A stretch of 60,218 nucleotides of DNA, filler included. It is 2 parts of 2 records of this genome, joined end to end, with 100 filler letters (N's around TTAATTAATTAA, not from the genome) between each part and the next. Parts side by side here need not be neighbours in the genome. Positions count along the whole stretch, not along the records: positions 28,605 to 60,218 come from SRR20825006_2678; 1 more part is not named here. One strand, 5' to 3'. The position numbers and the translations under genes were made by a program. The notes beneath the pieces are model-generated. The model was not told where the DNA came from. It ran no database searches and saw nothing but the letters and a program-made list of their open reading frames with translations. Each line of letters opens with the position of its first letter. The first letter of the stretch is position 1. Positions 58,046 to 60,218 of this stretch are shown one piece after another.

Positions 58046-59935
58046 GTGACCAAAGGTCGACCCAGTGCAGGTCGTTCGATGGTTCGATGGGCATTGGGTC
58101 ATCGAGCTCGGCGGATTTTGTGCGCCGGCGGAATGGTTCTGACGATGGCACCGGCCATCAGTTCGTTGGGTTGCCGTGCGTCAAGGGCATTGCCTGAAAC
58201 GATTGGCAATTGCACGGCTCATGTCGATCAGATCATGTCTCGCGTTGACGCCGGGGCACCGCCGGAAACGCTCACGACACCGGTGATTGCACCGCTGACA
58301 TTACGAGATCCCGAGGCATTGGCCAAAGCGGATTACCGAGACCTGACGCTGCAGCAAGCTCTCAATCAAGCGATGAGCAACAGTGAGGTCTTGCGGGATC
58401 TCAATGCAACCGTGCTGCGGGCACCTGAGACGGTGACGACCGATGAGAGCCCCGGATTGGTCCAAACGGATCCACAACTTGGAATGGAAGCCGCACTCTC
58501 GGCGTTTGATGCGCAGCTCACTGCGGTCGGCACTTGGCAAAACAACGACCGTCGGTTCAACAACCGATTCTTTGGCGGTGGTGCTAACGCGTTCAAGCAA
58601 GATGTGCATGACTACGTATTGCAGTTGTCCAAGCGAACGGCAACGGGTGCGGAGATCAGTCTGCGAAGCATCACGGATTACGACGCGAACAATGCGACGG
58701 GCAACCTGACGCCTAGTGCCTGGCAAACGCAATTGCACGCTGAATTGCGACAACCATTGCTGCAGGGCGGCGGGTTGGCATTCAACCGGATCGCCGGGCC
58801 AGCGGCTTTGCCGGGTGTGTACAACGGTGTCTTGATTGCGAAGACGAATAGCGACATCTCCAACGCTCAGTTTCGCGAAGACGCCCGCAACTATCTCAGC
58901 AACGTGATCAATGCGTACTGGGATTTGTACTTTGCTTATCGCGATGTCGACGCCAAGCAAGAAGCAGTCGCTCGCAGCTTAGAAACATGGCGAAGCTATG
59001 ACGCACAGAAGTCGTCCAACCGACGCGGCGGATCGGCGGAAGCTTTGGCAAGAGAGCAGTACTACCGATTTGTGTCAGAGCTGCAAGACGCGATCGCGGG
59101 CAAACTGATTCAGCGAACCCAAACCAACAACTCCACCTCTGGCGGCACCTTCGCGGGCGTCACGGGAGTTCAAGCGGCGGAGCGTCGTTTGCGTTTGTTG
59201 ATTGGTTTGCCGATCGCCGATGGGCAACTGCTGCGTCCTGTCGACGAACCCTTGTCGGCTCCGTTGATCTTTGACTCTCAATCGTTGGCGGTTGACGCGT
59301 TGCGAATGCGGAGCGAATTGCAGCAACAGCGGTTGCTGGTCAAACGTCGCGAGTTAGAAGTCATCGCGGCGAAGAACTTTCAACTGCCAACTTTGGACCT
59401 TGTCACCACGTATCGACTGCGCGGTCTCGGCAAGGATTTGGCGGGCAGCGATTCCGCGTTCAACGAACTTGGGACCGGCGACTACCAAGAGTATGAAGCC
59501 GGAGTTGAATTCCGTATGCCGGTTGGTTTTCGCCAAGCACACGCGGCGGTGCAGCATGCCAAGATTCAGGTGGCGCGTGAACGGGCGGTGTTGCGAGAGC
59601 AAGAGCGACAGATCACCCATGACTTGCTAGCGGTGGTCGCGGAGACGGATCGAGCATACGCCCAGATGGAAACCAACTTGAATCGCTACCTGGCCTCGAA
59701 GGATGCACTGGATGCTCTTGAGGCCAACCGCAAGGCGGGTTTGCCGATCAGTTTGGAGCAATTGCTTGACGCCCAGCGAAGGCTCAACGAGTCACAGACT
59801 CGTTATCACTTGGCGATGACCGAGTACATGATCGCGGCCAAGAACGTGTACTTCGAATCCGGGACGCTGCTCGAAAACTGCCACGTCGGAATCATCGGCG
59901 ACACGGTCAAAGCAATGCCGGTTGCTTCTGAGTAG
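58046..59935 (+). CDS. TolC family outer membrane channel (probable lipoprotein)
   Basis: 'LTLQQALNQAMSNS', 'ELRQPLLQG', 'NVINAYWDLYFA', 'LPTLDL', 'LLDAQRRL'; lipobox-like 'SSLGC'. Start uncertain. Confidence 0.88.
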   Translation: MTKGRPSAGRSMVRWALGHRARRILCAGGMVLTMAPAISSLGCRASRALPETIGNCTAHVDQIMSRVDAGAPPETLTTPVIAPLTLRDPEALAKADYRDLTLQQALNQAMSNSEVLRDLNATVLRAPETVTTDESPGLVQTDPQLGMEAALSAFDAQLTAVGTWQNNDRRFNNRFFGGGANAFKQDVHDYVLQLSKRTATGAEISLRSITDYDANNATGNLTPSAWQTQLHAELRQPLLQGGGLAFNRIAGPAALPGVYNGVLIAKTNSDISNAQFREDARNYLSNVINAYWDLYFAYRDVDAKQEAVARSLETWRSYDAQKSSNRRGGSAEALAREQYYRFVSELQDAIAGKLIQRTQTNNSTSGGTFAGVTGVQAAERRLRLLIGLPIADGQLLRPVDEPLSAPLIFDSQSLAVDALRMRSELQQQRLLVKRRELEVIAAKNFQLPTLDLVTTYRLRGLGKDLAGSDSAFNELGTGDYQEYEAGVEFRMPVGFRQAHAAVQHAKIQVARERAVLREQERQITHDLLAVVAETDRAYAQMETNLNRYLASKDALDALEANRKAGLPISLEQLLDAQRRLNESQTRYHLAMTEYMIAAKNVYFESGTLLENCHVGIIGDTVKAMPVASE

Positions 59936-59951
59936 CCGGTTCGATGATGCG

Positions 59952-60050
59952 ATCTTCGACCCCTCCGGGGTCGCGATTAATTTGGGGGCACGCCATCCGT
60001 GGGTGCGCTGCGCGACCCACGGCTACCATCTTCGACCCCGTTCAGGGTCG
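59952..60050. repeat. Composite REP-like element (three hairpins)
   Basis: CGACCCC-TCC-GGGGTCG (59957-59973); CCGTGGGT...ACCCACGG+CTAC (59997-60026); ATCTTCGACCCC repeated at 59952 and 60028. Confidence 0.72.
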
Positions 60051-60190
60051 GCGCCACGGAATCACCGCGGAGCGGTGACAGAGGGTAGCCATAAGGTGTC
60101 AGCCAACTTCTCATCATTCGTGGCCAGCGCCTTTGCAACACTTGTAACCGACAGAAGGCCTCTGTCGGGTACACGATTGCCGTACTGTCT

Positions 60191-60216
60191 GTAGCCGACG
60201 GAGGCTCTCCGTCGGC
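60191..60216 (+). repeat. GTAG-type REP hairpin
   Basis: GTAG leading into the 10-bp stem GCCGACGGAG-GCT-CTCCGTCGGC. Confidence 0.6.
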
Positions 60217-60218
60217 AT

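Overview
This window looks like a Planctomycete (Rhodopirellula-like) chromosome, judged from its DUF1501/DUF1549/DUF1553 genes, PVC-type heme protein, sulfatases and REP-like hairpins. It is two contigs joined by an artificial 100-bp linker at 28505-28604. The left part holds a probable sulfated-polysaccharide locus (two sulfatases, a kappa-carrageenase-like GH16, two tandem DUF1549/1553 + DUF1501 pairs, a divergent PAS-AraC regulator). It also holds a VKOR-DsbA fusion with a sigma-54-type promoter, truA, and a Ser/Thr kinase-FHA-flippase run. The right part holds rtcR/rtcBA, a HEAT lipoprotein, a divergent Fae homolog and a ~25-kb envelope locus. That locus is the best candidate for a poorly described system. 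It has TolC, two HlyD adaptors and an M50-protease/HlyD fusion with a PqqD/RRE-like N-terminus, but no ABC ATPase. Next to these are two large proteins sharing an 'I-x-x-LE-x-R-x-[LV]-[ML]-x-A' leader and a giant WD40 receptor kinase with a Thr heptad array. No rRNA, tRNA, CRISPR array or transposase was seen. All family calls come from motif recognition by eye, not database searches.
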